A stretch of DNA of 64,000 nucleotides from Eledone cirrhosa (GCA_964016885.1 OZ024749.1:21886001-21950000), one strand, 5' to 3'. Numbered from the stretch's first letter, positions 23,294 to 38,028 are shown. Numbers and translations are program-made. The notes: a model not told the origin generated them from the letters alone.

Positions 23294-23600
23294 TAGTGGC
23301 AGCAGTAGTAGTAGTAGTAGTATTAGTAATAGTAGTAGTAGTAGTAGTAGTGGTGGTAGTAGTAGTAGTAAAACTGAAGCCATCTGCTTAGGCCCGGCAC
23401 GTGGAAACTTATCTTTCCTTATCCAATAGCGCACGCATATCCTCTTATTATCTTCATCGTCACCACCACCATCATCGTTATCAACGTCATCATCATCACC
23501 ATCATCACCATCATCATCACCATCATCATCACTATCATCATCTTCGCCATCGTCATCGTCATCACCATCATCGTCATCATCATTATTATCATCAGTATCA
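22670..23600. repeat. Compound trinucleotide microsatellites (CTA/CCA, GTA, CAT)
   Basis: Directly visible. Confidence 0.95.
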
Positions 23601-23629
23601 TTTAGTGATGCTGACAAAGAGCCACATAT

Positions 23630-23822
23630 AATTATGTTTCTACTTTTGGCACAAGGCCAGCAATCATTCCAGTGTATTACTGGTACTTTATTTTATCGAC
23701 CCCGTAAGGATGAAAGGCAAAGTTAACCTCGGCGGGATTTGAACTCAGAATGGCAAGGGCCGTAACTCTATGCGTCAAAGCATGGCGTCCGACCCTCTAC
23801 CGATACAGCCAACACACCGCCA
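23630..23822 (-). mobile_element. tRNA-derived SINE, family 1
   Basis: Nearly identical to 47542-47731. Confidence 0.9.
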
Positions 23823-23891
23823 GAGCCATATATAATTATTGTAGATAGAGTGAGAGACACAGAGCGAAAGAGAGAGAGAGAGAGGGGGGGG

Positions 23892-23947
<56 letters not shown>

Positions 23948-24011
23948 GAGAGAGAGAGAGACTATTTCTTTGTGAATATATATATGTACGTATGTGAGCA
24001 TGTATGTGTAT

Positions 24012-24620
24012 GTCAGGTCACCAGTTGGTGCTACTGGTAACATGTATCCCAGTACAACCTGTCTCATGGTCGGGTCGTTGGCGACTAAACTGGCAACCCC
24101 ATCAAGGTTTCTTGGTGAGGAGGGTGACTTTGGACATCCTGCAGGACTAAAAACAAAACCTGTCAAAGGGCAAAGGAACTCTTAAGAGTCAATGGCCATC
24201 CAAAATCACTGGGAGAGATGACCCCTTAGCCTTTGTCAAGGCAGAATTCTAGGAGAAGGAAAACTTTGATATAACACCTGCAACCCTGATGGTATCCAAT
24301 GATGTTGACTTGTTCTTCTTTTTAGTAAATATCATCTTGGTTAAGAGAGTGGGACTGGCTTTGTGCAGTGCCTTTGCTCACTATAAAAGCTTCACCGCAC
24401 AGGCGTTGCTTTATATCTGGAGATCTCTCTGCACTTGTCGTCACATGGTACCATGGGCCCAGCACTATGTGTCAATAATTGTCACAAGTGTAGTGTTTGT
24501 ACCAGAGTTTTCAAGTCGCTGGCTGGATTAAAAAGTCACACTTGTTCAGCGCATCGGTAAGGGTTCTCCTACATGGATATAAAGTAGTGGCCGTACTCGA
24601 AAATGAGTTGGCAGCCACCA
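24012..24620 (+). mobile_element. RTE-derived bipartite non-autonomous element, copy 1
   Basis: Non-coding 5' part, then HKCSVCTRVFKSLAGLKSH...*, a terminal stem-loop and a TGTA-type tail. Confidence 0.7.
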
Positions 24621-25175
24621 TGTGTTTAGGTACGTATATATAATATATACATATATATATGTATATATATATTCATATATATATTTATATATGTATATAT
24701 ATATACATATATATTTGTGTATATATATATATATATATACATATATATGTGTGTATGTGTGTGTGTATGCGTATATGTGTGTATGTATGTATATGCGTGT
24801 ATGTATGTATGTGTGTATGTTTGTATTTATGTATGGATGTGTATGCGTATGTGACTGTATGTGTATTTATGTATATATATATAAGTATGTATGTATGTGT
24901 GTGAGTGTATGTATGTGTGTATGTGTGTATGCATAAGTGTATGTGTGTATGCGTGTATGTATGTATGTGTATGTATGTACGTGTGTATATATGTATGTGT
25001 GTATGTGTGTATGTATATATGTGTATGTATATATGTGTATGTATGTATGTGTGCATATATGTATGCGTGTATATATGTGTATGTATGTACGTGTGAATGT
25101 ATGTACGTGTGTATATATGTATGTGTGTATGTATGTATGTGTGTTGTGTATGTATGTATGTGTGTATATATGTAT

Positions 25176-25756
25176 GTTGGTGCTACTGGTAACATGTATC
25201 CCAGTACAACCTACCCCATGGTCGGGTCGTTGGCGACTAAACTGGCAACCCCACCAAGGTTTCTTGGTGAGGAGGGTGATTTTAGACATCCTGCAGGACT
25301 AAAAACAAATCCTGTCAAAGGGCAAACGAGCACTTAAGTGTCAATGGCCATCCAAAATCACCGGGAGAGATGACCCCTAAGCCTTTGTCAAGGCAGAATT
25401 CTAGGAGAAGGAAAACTCTGATATAACACCTGCAACCCTGACGGTATCCAATGATGTTGACTTGTTCTTCTTTTTGGTAAATATTATCTTGGTTAAGAGA
25501 GTGGGACTGGCTTTGTGCAGTGCCTTTGCTCACTATAAAAGCTTCACGGCACAGGCATTGCTTGTATTTATGTATGGATGTGTATGCGTATGTGACTGTA
25601 TGTGTATGTATGTATGTATATATATATATGTATGTGTGTGAGTTTTCAAGTCGCTGGCTGGACTAAAAAGTCACACTCATTCAGCGCATCGGTAGGAGTT
25701 CTCCTACAAGGATATAAAGTAGTGGCCGTACTCGAAAACGAGTTGGCAGCCACCAT
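25176..25756 (+). mobile_element. RTE-derived bipartite element, copy 2 (local tandem duplicate)
   Basis: High identity to 24024-24620; part of the middle is replaced by microsatellite. Confidence 0.75.
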
Positions 25757-26019
25757 ATATGTATGTACGTGTGTATGTATGTGTGGTGTGTGTGTATGTA
25801 TGTATGTATGTGTGTATGTATGTATGTACGTGTGTATGTATGTATGTGTGTATATATGTATGGGTGTATGTATGTATATATGTACGTGTGTGTGTATGTA
25901 TGTGTGTATGTGTGTGTTTGTTTACATCGTTTAACAACACCTGTGATCAACATCCGTTCTTTTTTCATCTCCCCCTCCTCCCTCTTCTTCTCCCTCCTCC
26001 CTTCATCCTTTCTAAACAT

Positions 26020-29000
26020 CATCAAACTCATCATCAACAACAACAACATCAACACCAACACCAACAACATCATCATCATCAACAACAACAACACCAACAA
26101 CAACCCCAACACCAACAACAACAACAACACTAAAATCTCACCAAATCCACCCCAACTCTTTACTAAGGGTAGAATTACTTGTTATCTCCATCGCCAACAC
26201 CGTCTATATAACTAAATATGTCTTTATACCACACCACCACTAACACCACCACCACCACCACCACTAACACTATCACCACCACCACTACAACCACCACCAC
26301 CACCACTAACACTACCACCACCACCACCACACTACCACCACCACTATCACCACCACCACCACCACCACTAACACTATCACCACCACCAATAACACCACCA
26401 CCACCACCACCACTAACACTATCACCACCACCACTATCACCACCACCACCACCACCACTAACACTATCACCACCACCACTATCACCACCACCACTATCAC
26501 CACCACCACCACCACCACCACCACCACCACCACCACCACTAACATTATCACCACCACCACCATTATCACCACCACCACTACCACCACCACTACCACCACC
26601 ACCACTAACACTACCACCACCACCACCACACCACCACCACCACCACCGCCACTAACACTATCACCACTACCACCACTAACACTACCACCACCACCACTAA
26701 CACTATCACTAACACTAACACCACCACCACCACCACTAACACTATCACCACCAACACTAACACTATCACTAACACTATCACCACCACCACCACTAACACT
26801 ATTACAGCCAGCACCACCACTAACACTACCTCCACCATTACCACCACTAACACTATCACCATTGCCACCACCAATATCACCACTAACACTAACTTTATCA
26901 CCATCACCACCACCACCACCACCACCACCACTAACACTATCACCACCACCACTAACACCATCGCCAACTCCACCACCATCATTACCACCACCACCACCAC
27001 TACCACCACCCTCACCACCACTTCCACCACCGCCAATACCATCAGCGATGTCAACATCCCTAGCACCATCACCATTCTCATCACAACATGATCAACATCG
27101 CTCAACCATCCAACCACCACCATCACCACCATCACCATCACAACCATCACCATCACAACCATCCCTATCACCATCACCACCAATACCACCACCGATGTCA
27201 ACATCTGTAACACCATCACAACCATCACCATCATCACCATCACATGCACCACTACCAACACTACCACCGACATAAACACCTCTACCGCCATCACCACCAT
27301 TACAACAACCACCACAACGACACCATCACTCTAACAACCATAACAAACACCATCATCACCACAACCATCACCGCAGCCACCGCCATCACTACAACCACTA
27401 CCACCACCACAACCACTACCATCACCACAACAACAACCACCATCACCACAATCATCACCACAACCACCACCATCGCCACAAGAACCCCCACAGCCACCAC
27501 CACAACCACCGCCACCACAACCACCGCCATCACCACAACCACCACCACACTACCACACAACCACCACGACAACCACCACCATCACCGCTACCACAACCAC
27601 CGTCATCATCAGAACTCCCACCATCACTACCATCATCACACCACCATCACAACCACACCACCATCACAACCACACCACCACCGCCGCCCACCACCACCAC
27701 CACTAACACACCCAGGCCCAGGATTATTCAGGTACTTAAATCTAATATTTCTACCCGTGTTTTAAAAACACGACTCTCGCCACGCCGGCACACGGTAGCA
27801 ACACCACCACCACCACACCTCCACCATCACACCACCACACCATCACCTCCACCACCACCACCACCACCAGCACCACACCACCACCATCACCACCACCACA
27901 CCACCAGATCACTACCACCACCATCCCTCACACCACCACCACCACCATCTCTCACACCACCACCACCATCTCTCACACCACCAGCACCATCACACCAGCA
28001 CCATCCCTCACACCACCACCACCGTCACTCACACCACCAGCACCATCATCTCTCACATCACACCACCACCACCATCACTCACACCACCAGCACCACCACC
28101 ACCATCACTAACACTACTACCACCACCATTACTCACACCACCACCACCACCATCTCTCACACCACCAGCACCATCATCTCTCACACCACACCACCACCAC
28201 CACCACCATCACTCACACCACCACCACCACTCACACCACACCACCACCATCACTCACACCACCACCACCGCCATCACTCACACCACCACCACCACCATCA
28301 CTCACACCACCACCACTCACACCACACCACCACCACCACCACGACCACCACCATCTCTCACACCACCACCACTACCATCTCTCACACCACCACCACCACC
28401 ACCACCACCACCATCCCTCACACCACCACCACCACCACCACCATCTCTCACACCACCACCACGACCACCACCATCTCTCACACCACCACCACCATCTCTC
28501 ACACCAACACCACCACCACGACCACCACCATCTCTCACACCACCACCACCACCATCTCTCACACCACCACCACAGCCATCACTCACACCACCACCACCAC
28601 CATCTCTCACACCACCACCACCGCCATCACTCACACCACCACCACCATCTCTCACACCACCACCACCACCATCTCTCACACCACCACCACCGCCATCACT
28701 CACACCACCACCACCATCTCTCACACCACCACCACCATCTCTCACACCACCACCACCATCTCTCACACCACCACCACCGCCATCACTCACACCACCACCA
28801 CCATCACTCACACCACCACCGCCATCACTCACACCACCACCACCATCTCTCACACCACCACCACCGCCATCACTCACACCACCACCACCATCACTCACAC
28901 CACCACCACCATCTCTCACACCACCACCACCGCCATCACTCACACCACCACCACCATCTCTCACACCACCACCACCACCATCTCTCACACCACCACCACC

Positions 29001-29095
29001 GCCATCACTCACACCACCACCACCATCTCTCACACCACCACCACCGCCATCACTCACACACACCACCACCACCATCTCTCACACCACCACCACAA
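26020..29095. repeat. (CCA)n/(CAA)n microsatellite field, including a 21-24-bp CCATCTCTCACACCACCACCA minisatellite (27920-29095)
   Basis: Directly visible. Confidence 0.95.
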
Positions 29096-29279
29096 GGACC
29101 AGAATACTAACATCAAATTCCATAACGGCTTAAATTCTCGTGTCTTTTAAAGGATGATTTTTACAAAATGAAACCCAATCTGCTTAAAATTTTGAAATGC
29201 CTGCAGACCATTTACGGCTGATTACATCCTACACCACCCCGTTGGTACATCTCAGTAAATAAACCCTATCTGCTACCCG

Positions 29280-29387
<108 letters not shown>

Positions 29388-30115
29388 TATATAAATATAT
29401 ATACATACATATATATTATATACATGCATATATATTATATACATACATATTATATACATACATATATATATCTATACATACATATATATTATATACATAC
29501 ATATATATTATATACATACATATATATTATATACATATATATATATATATATTATATACATATATATATATATTATATACACATATATGTATATATTATA
29601 CATATATATATATATATTTTATATACATATATATATATATTATATACATATATATATATATTATACATATATATATATTATATACATATATATATATATT
29701 ATATACATATATATATATTATATACATACATATATATATTATATACATACATATATAATATATACATACATATATATTATATACATACATATATATTATA
29801 TCCATACATATATACATATATATTATATACATACATATATAAATATATATATATATATATATACATATATATTATATATATACATATATATTATATACAT
29901 ACATATATATTATATACATACATATATATATTATATACATACACAAACATATATATATATATATACATATATATTATATATATATACATATATATTATAT
30001 ACATACATATATATTATATACATACTTATATATTATATACATACATATATATTATATACATACATATATATTATATACATACACACACACACATATATAT
30101 ATTTATATATATATA

Positions 30116-30227
<112 letters not shown>

Positions 30228-30351
30228 TATTATATACATACATATTATATACATACTATACACATATATATATATATATTTGAAAAGCTGTCAGATTATA
30301 TATTAAATATTTTAACTTCATATCCACTATTTTATTATTCATATGGACCGT

Positions 30352-30506
<155 letters not shown>

Positions 30507-30871
30507 ATATATACGTGTACAAACCTGCCACAATATATTATGTATTTTAACTAAATGTCGTCTATTTTATATTTCTTAATTGTGGGATCTTTACAAAATG
30601 GAAGAAAACAAAGGCAGTTTCATATTTGCTCATTAACTTCTTCGTAAACCTACGAAAATTCTGGTGTAATCAGCCGCCATTTTTCTACTTAGAAAATGTA
30701 TTTTACATTATCTCTATGTATTGAGTACTCATTCAGTTAATGCTTCAATGTTTTCAATACTACGTTATTTTTTTAATATATTACATTTGTTTGTGTGGAT
30801 GTGTGTGTATGTGTGGGTGTTTGTGTGTGTGTGCGTGTCTGTCTGTGTATGACTGTGTCTGTGTGCCTGTA

Positions 30872-30952
<81 letters not shown>

Positions 30953-31210
30953 ATGTCTGTGTGTATGTGACTGTATGTGTATGTGAGTGTGTGTATGTGT
31001 ATGAGTGTGTGTGTATGTGTGTGTATGTGGGTCTGTGTGTGTGTGTGTGTGTGAGTATATGCACGTGTGTGTGTATATATATGTGAGCATGTGTAACTAC
31101 TTTGACTTGGAAACTTCGCCAATCGAAAATGGAAATTTAATACATTTCGATAAGCGAAAAAATAGGGCAACAATTCCAAACGAAACTAATTACGTATATA
31201 GATAATGATC

Positions 31211-31966
<756 letters not shown>

Positions 31967-32177
31967 ATAAATATATATATATATATATTCAGGTTTGAGG
32001 TTCACCACTGGGTAGAGCTGGTCTATTCCGTATGGTCAATCGTAATGGAATAATATAGAGAGTACTCAACGTAAAGCAGTTCAACCGTCTTTGTTTTTGT
32101 AGTTGGTGGTGCTATTACGGAGTAAAATATTATAATGAAATGACAGGAGGCTGGATTTGTGTAAATCCTTGAAAGGT

Positions 32178-32255
32178 TTATTATACTATGATCATTTCAA
32201 TGACCGGGTTCCGTATGAATCCGGTGATATCATCAGGTATTCGAAATATAATACG
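32178..32255 (-). ncRNA. Type I hammerhead ribozyme
   Basis: ATAC CTGATGA t-ATCACCGG..CCGGTCAT-t GAAA TGATCA TA | GTAT. Confidence 0.8.
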
Positions 32256-34405
32256 TGAATGTAATAGATAAAATCCATGGGGCTGAAAATCGAGGGCGAC
32301 CGCCATCCAGCACATTCTACCTTAGCCGGTCGCCCTCGAGTGACGTGGCTAAAGCTTACAGTGTGCTACTACCGGTCAGATAAAGGAAAACAGAAAGGGA
32401 TGGGAACCTAAATTAGCGTCTAAGTTGGAACGCTAAAATACCGTCTAAATTTATAGGATGAAGTTGAAAGAATTCAGAATAACATTATAAAATTAAAGAG
32501 TAAGAAGATTGAGAATTGAACAAACAGAAAATTGAAGATTAAACATTTAAAAAAAACTTTTTTAAGGTTTTGGGTTGCGGGGTTTAGTTAAAGAGAGACT
32601 TTTGTGAAGAAACGTTAATTAAAAGGAAGAAGTAGAAAAGTCAGGGTTGATGGCTACAAGAAGAAAGATAGAAAAAAAGAGGAAGAAAGGTCGATATTAA
32701 TGTCAGACTACAGTCAGGCCAGGAGTGGCGCGAAAAAATGTTCACAGGTACTCGTATCTTAGCAGAGGTAAATATAGTGGGGGTCAGTGTGTTATAATGT
32801 GTGAGCAGAAGTTTTGAACGTTACGTTTTTGTTTAGACTTATAGGATGAAGTTAAAAATTAATAATTAATATTTAATATTAAAGAAATTAGAAAATTTAA
32901 AGTTAAACAGTCTAATATTTTAACATTTTAAGGTTGATATATCTAATAGTTCTGATTTGATCTGTAATTTAAAGGCACTATGTGGCGGTTAAAAAACCGG
33001 CCGCGCGCCGGGCCCCCGGGGCGAATTAAGCCACTCCGAGTAGTTTCATTTACCGAAAGAAGGGGAAATTTATTTTTCCAAGCACTCAAGGTAGGCCAAT
33101 GCGCCAGGGGGCTGGTCGCGCCGCCAGTAAAACCCACCCAACAGTCCGACAGAAAGTTGGAACTTTAAAATATTGTTTAAATTTATAGGACGAAGTTGAA
33201 AGAATTCAGAATAACATTATAAAATTAAAGAGTAAGAAGATTGAGAATTGGACAAACAGAAAATTGAAAATTAAACATTTAAAAAAAATTTTTTTTTAAG
33301 GTTTTGGGTTGTGGGGTTTAATTAAAGAGAGTCTTTTATGAAGAAACCTTAATTGTATTATGTAGATCTATAATTTATCCTAGTGGGATGTAGAGTAAGG
33401 GATATAGTCGGGTAATATTTATTTTTGTTCTCAGGGGGAGACATTCTAGTGTCGTGTGCTAATGGGTTCAAGTGAGCAAAAGTCCCAATAGAAGGGGTAG
33501 AAATACATGGATACATAGAAGTGGAATACGTGGAAAAGCACATTGATAAAGCAAAGGTATAAATATATAAATATATAAATATAAATATGTAAATAAACCA
33601 ACAAGAGTGGTGTTGGAGTAAGATGGAGAAATCAAGACATAGGAGAAGTACAATGTAGTTCAGGTTGCAGTATTTATGTTCCCAGGGGGAGACATTCCAG
33701 TGTCGTATGCTAAGGGTAGACGCGAGTAAAAGTCCGAATAAGGGAAGTAAAAAGTACATGGATGTATAGAAGTAGAATACGTGGAAAAAGCATTTATACA
33801 GCAAATAAAGATATAAAGATATAAATAAACAAACAAGAGTGGTAGTTGAGTAAATGGAGAGTTCAAGACACAGGAGAAATACAATATAGTTCAAGTTGCA
33901 GTCAGCTAATGCATATAGATGTGGAAATGGAATGAGTGTGTGTTCGAGTCTGGGAATTCGGTGTGAGTTATACATGCCCAGAAGTATAGGGTAGCGAATT
34001 TAGTTAATACAGTGCAGTACAATACATGTTATGGTATAATCCGTAGAGTTTCGTCGAAGTCCGAATATTCTAAGAGAGAAGTAGCAATGGGCCAGGTTGG
34101 CGGTAGGCAAAAACACTGAGTAGCCAAAGTCCGAATGGTGGTTAGATATATTCAGTCCCATGCCGCTGTTCATTATTACATTTGGAAGTGCTCAATATTT
34201 CAGGAGCATTATTTATTCAGGTTTGAGGTTCACCACTGGATAGAGCTGGTTTATTCCGTATGGTCAATCGCAATGTAATAATATAGAGAGTACTCAACGT
34301 AAAGCAGTTCAACCGTCTTTGTTTTTGTAGTTGGTGGTGCTATTACGGAGTTAAATATTATAATGAAATGACAGGAGGCTGGATTTATGTAAATCCTTGA
34401 AAGGT

Positions 34406-34483
34406 TTATTATACTATGATCATTTCAATGACCAGGTTCCGTATGAATCCGGTGATATCATCAGGTATTCGAAATATAATACG
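34406..34483 (-). ncRNA. Type I hammerhead ribozyme, second copy
   Basis: Same motif 2228 bp away. Confidence 0.8.
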
Positions 34484-34852
34484 TGAATGTAATAGATAAA
34501 ATCCATGGGGCTGAAAATCGAGGACTCTAGGGCGACCGCTATCCAGCACCTTCTACCTTAGCCGGTCGCCCTCGAGTGACGTGGCTAAAGCTTACATTGT
34601 GCTACTACCGGTCAGATAAAGGAAAACAGAAAGGGATGGGAACCTAAGTTAGCGTTAATCTCATGCCACAAGACAAAAGAAAGAAAGAAAGGAAGAAGAG
34701 AGAAGAAGGGGGAAGGAAGAAGAAGAGAAGCCAGGGTTAATGTCAGCTATAAGAAGAAAGATAGAAAGAGGAGGAAAGGTCGGTATTAGAGTCAGGCCAG
34801 GATTGTCGCGAAGAAATTTTTTTATTCTAGGACCCGTATATATATATGTATA

Positions 34853-36453
34853 TCATAATCTATAAAGCTCAGTGTATGGACATACTCCTTTGTTATAGAA
34901 ATCTACGATATAGAATTTCTTCAATTGAAATTTACAATTCAGTATTCGAAATAGCTTCTATTGCGTCTTGGCACATCTAATTTTTTCAATTTCACCCACA
35001 ATTACGCAAAAAATAGATAAAACTCAATATTTTACGATTTTTCTCTCTCATTTAAAGTGCTAAACTCTATCCACTACCATTCAAAATCTATACAACTTCA
35101 TACTTTCTGCTACTTTCTCTTTCCAAGCTTGATCGTGATACTGTCCGTTTTACTCTCTCATATCAGCTGCCTACCTCTATCTACAACCCACACATTTTGC
35201 TACTTTCTCTTTTATACTTCAAACTTACTGATTTATTTACAAACGCATACAAACACACACTCACTTCAAATGATAAAAAAACATTTAAAGCAATTAAACA
35301 ACGTGCGTGATTTATAACCACACTAACTTTTAGTTGCTCAATTATTACATTTCATACGAAACGACAATTATTCAAAAGCAACAGATACATTTATTCAACA
35401 ACAAGCGATAAATCTTTTTTAAAACCTCTCAACGAACGTGGATTCTTACAGACTTTGAGTCGAATCGGTTTGAAATTGTGCAAATGTATAAACATGGAAC
35501 ATGTGCACACACACAACAACAACAATCTGCCTTTTATAGATAATGATAAACAATAATATCCTCTATGAGGTCACTAAACCTGCTAGAAACAGCAGCTAAC
35601 TCTCCCCCATATCACACCCCTTCCTACTGTCTTAAATTTAGAAAACACATATCCTCTATGAGGTTACTAAACCTGCTAGAAACAGCAGCTAACTCTCCCC
35701 CATATCACACCCCTCCCTACTGTCTTAAATTTAGAAAACACATATCCTCTATGAGGTTACTAAACCTGCTAGAAACAGCAGCTAACTCTCCCCCATATCA
35801 CACCCCTCCCTACTGTCTTAAATTTAGAAAACATATCTTCTATGAGGTCACTAAACCTGCTAGAAACAGCAGCTAACTCTCCCCCATATCACACCCTCCC
35901 TACTGTCTTAAATTTAGAAAACATCTTCTATGAGGTCACTAAACCTGCTAGAAACAGCAGCTAACTCTCCCCCATAGCACACCACTCCCTACTGTCTTAA
36001 ATTTAGAAAACACATATCCTCTATGAGGTTACTAAACCTGCTAGAAACAGCAGCTAACTCTCCCCCATATCACACCCCTCCCTACTGTCTTAAATTTAGA
36101 AAACATATCTTCTATAAGGTCACTAAACCTGCTAGAAACAGCAGCTAACTCTCCCCCATATCACACCACTCCCTACTGTCTTAAATTTAGAAAACACACA
36201 GACAACCATGCAGAACAACTCCATCGCAGCTCTGTTGTTCGGCTGGCATCGTCTATGCGCGTGTTGCGCAAGTACTGTTAAACAATAAATTTCAACACTT
36301 TTTTGCACAGAGATAATATCCATAGGCGAAACTACAGGTTTGCAATTCATTCACCCAGTCCCTGGCAGACAAAAAAGTGCTGCCATAAAATGGGTGGTGC
36401 AACCTAACTTTGGTAACTTAATGACCCCGAGCAACGCCGGGCTTTAATACTAG
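34853..36453 (+). mobile_element. Non-autonomous Helitron-like element carrying a minisatellite (5' end uncertain)
   Basis: 3' hairpin CCCGAGCAACGCCGGG followed by CTAG-T at 36450-36454. Confidence 0.55.
35556..36198. repeat. Minisatellite, 88-93 bp x 7
   Basis: Unit CTCTATGAGGTCACTAAACCTGCTAGAAACAGCAGCTAACTCTCCCCCATATCACACCC...TTTAGAAAACAC. Confidence 0.95.
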
Positions 36454-36480
<27 letters not shown>

Positions 36481-36485
<5 letters not shown>

Positions 36486-37195
36486 ATTTAGTATATCTAC
36501 TAACATATGCGTACAGATGTACGCTAATGCTAGCAAATACATAAGTTATGTCATAGTACCTAGGTGGTTCAATGCAGGAGGATGCAGAACAATAATAAGA
36601 AAGACGTAAAATAAGAAAAATTTTAAAAAATTTAAAAAAAAATTAAAAAAAATTAACTTACTTACTAAAATGTTCACTCCAACTAATTAGTTTCTGTAAT
36701 GGGATAAAGACAGTTACGTAATATAACTGTTGAGAATTCATTACGTCATCAGGGAGTCTATTCTCAGCTAAGTCTCCAGGCAATGCGCGGACACTGGGGA
36801 CTCATATAAAAATAATAATAATTCGGTAGATGGAACAGCTAGCGGGGACTGGATTCCATGCACTGAAAAGCTCGCTGTCTCTGGTCAAATGGCAGATTCT
36901 AAAGAATCAATCACGTGACACTGAGGCTAGTCGGAAGGAGTGGGGTGGTAAGATGACAGAAGCCTACTACCACACCAATGAATTAGTAGTCGTTTTGGCA
37001 GGTTTGCTCAACAAATAAATAATTTGGAGATAAATATAGAGAATTTAGTATATCTACTAACATATGCGTACAGATGTACGCTAATGCTAGCAAATACATA
37101 AGTTATGTCATAGTACCTAGGTGGTTCAATGCAGGAGGATGCAGAACAATAATATGAAAGACGTAAAATAATAAAATTTTAAAAAAATTTTAATA
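36481..37195 (-). mobile_element. Retrozyme-like element, 557-bp period
   Basis: Direct repeats 36481-36640 and 37038-37195 with a hammerhead between them. Confidence 0.7.
36676..36757 (-). ncRNA. Type I hammerhead ribozyme with a 51-nt stem II
   Basis: ACTCC CTGATGA c-GTAATG..ACAGTTA-TATTACG-TAACTGT..CATTAC-a GAAA CTAATTAG TT | GGAGT. Confidence 0.8.
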
Positions 37196-37260
37196 TATAT
37201 ATATATGTATATATATGTATATATGTATATATATATATATATGTATATATATATACATAC

Positions 37261-37806
37261 GAGGGCCTATCGCTCCTTATAACAGTCTTTCCTATCTCTC
37301 TGTTTGGTTGAGCACACTTCTCTGAGTGGTTTTGGGCTGCCCTTTCTAGCAGCTCGTCCCTCAGAGGCCACTGGTGCACTGCCCTTAAACACGCTGCGAC
37401 TTCTCTCTCCCACGTGTAGCTGGACAGACACTTTTAAAATTCTCTTAGTGTTGTCTGAAATGTATAGCCTTACACACGCTGAGGAACCGAGGTTATTCCA
37501 TTTCTGTCAACAACTTACTGGCGAAACAGATCTCTTTGGATTTGTACGTGTGTTATATAGTTATAGCGGTATTTATTTACGCTTTAATTTATATTTTTAA
37601 TTATCGTGTCTATAGTCTGCCTTTCTTAGGTTATAGATTCCATACACTGGTGGTTTTTTCCCTGTTTTATTGATAGCGCACTATATATCTCTCTCTAGTT
37701 TGTTACCTTTTCAACATATTGTATTTTAAAGAGCTCAGGATTTATTCTCCTTTGAGCACATTATTTACAGGGAATGGCGTGGGCCTATGGCTCCGTTAAT
37801 TTATCG

Positions 37807-37810
<4 letters not shown>
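37261..37810 (+). mobile_element. Retrozyme-like monomer, ~518 bp with short terminal redundancy
   Basis: GGGCCTATCGCTCC at 37263 and GGGCCTATGGCTCC at 37781; internal hammerhead; flanked by (TA)n. Confidence 0.6.
37472..37553 (+). ncRNA. Type I hammerhead ribozyme with a complete stem III
   Basis: ACACACG CTGAGGA [37 nt] GAAA CAGATCT-CTTT-GGATTTG TA | CGTGTGT. Confidence 0.82.
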
Positions 37811-37900
<90 letters not shown>

Positions 37901-37938
37901 ACGTATATATATATATACGTGTATGTATATATATATAT

Positions 37939-38028
<90 letters not shown>

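Larger units (their letters stand above)
31987..34838 (-). mobile_element. Non-coding Penelope/retrozyme-like partial tandem, 2228-bp period, two hammerheads
   Basis: Direct repeats at about 31987-32420 and 34215-34655; flanked by (TA)n; no credible ORF. Confidence 0.75.

Noticed and set aside
24015-24099. Possible HDV-like ribozyme at the 5' end of the RTE-derived element (GG-hairpin-CTAA-ACTGG)
   Set aside because: No valid P1 or P3/L3 could be built; simple hairpins explain the sequence.
28317-29075. Gly-rich GGGGVRD repeat ORF resembling a structural protein
   Set aside because: Reverse strand of a CCA-derived minisatellite; no signal peptide or unique sequence.
35556-36198. CRISPR-like appearance of this array and of 54088-54635
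   Set aside because: Whole units repeat with no unique spacers, no cas genes, and the context is eukaryotic.
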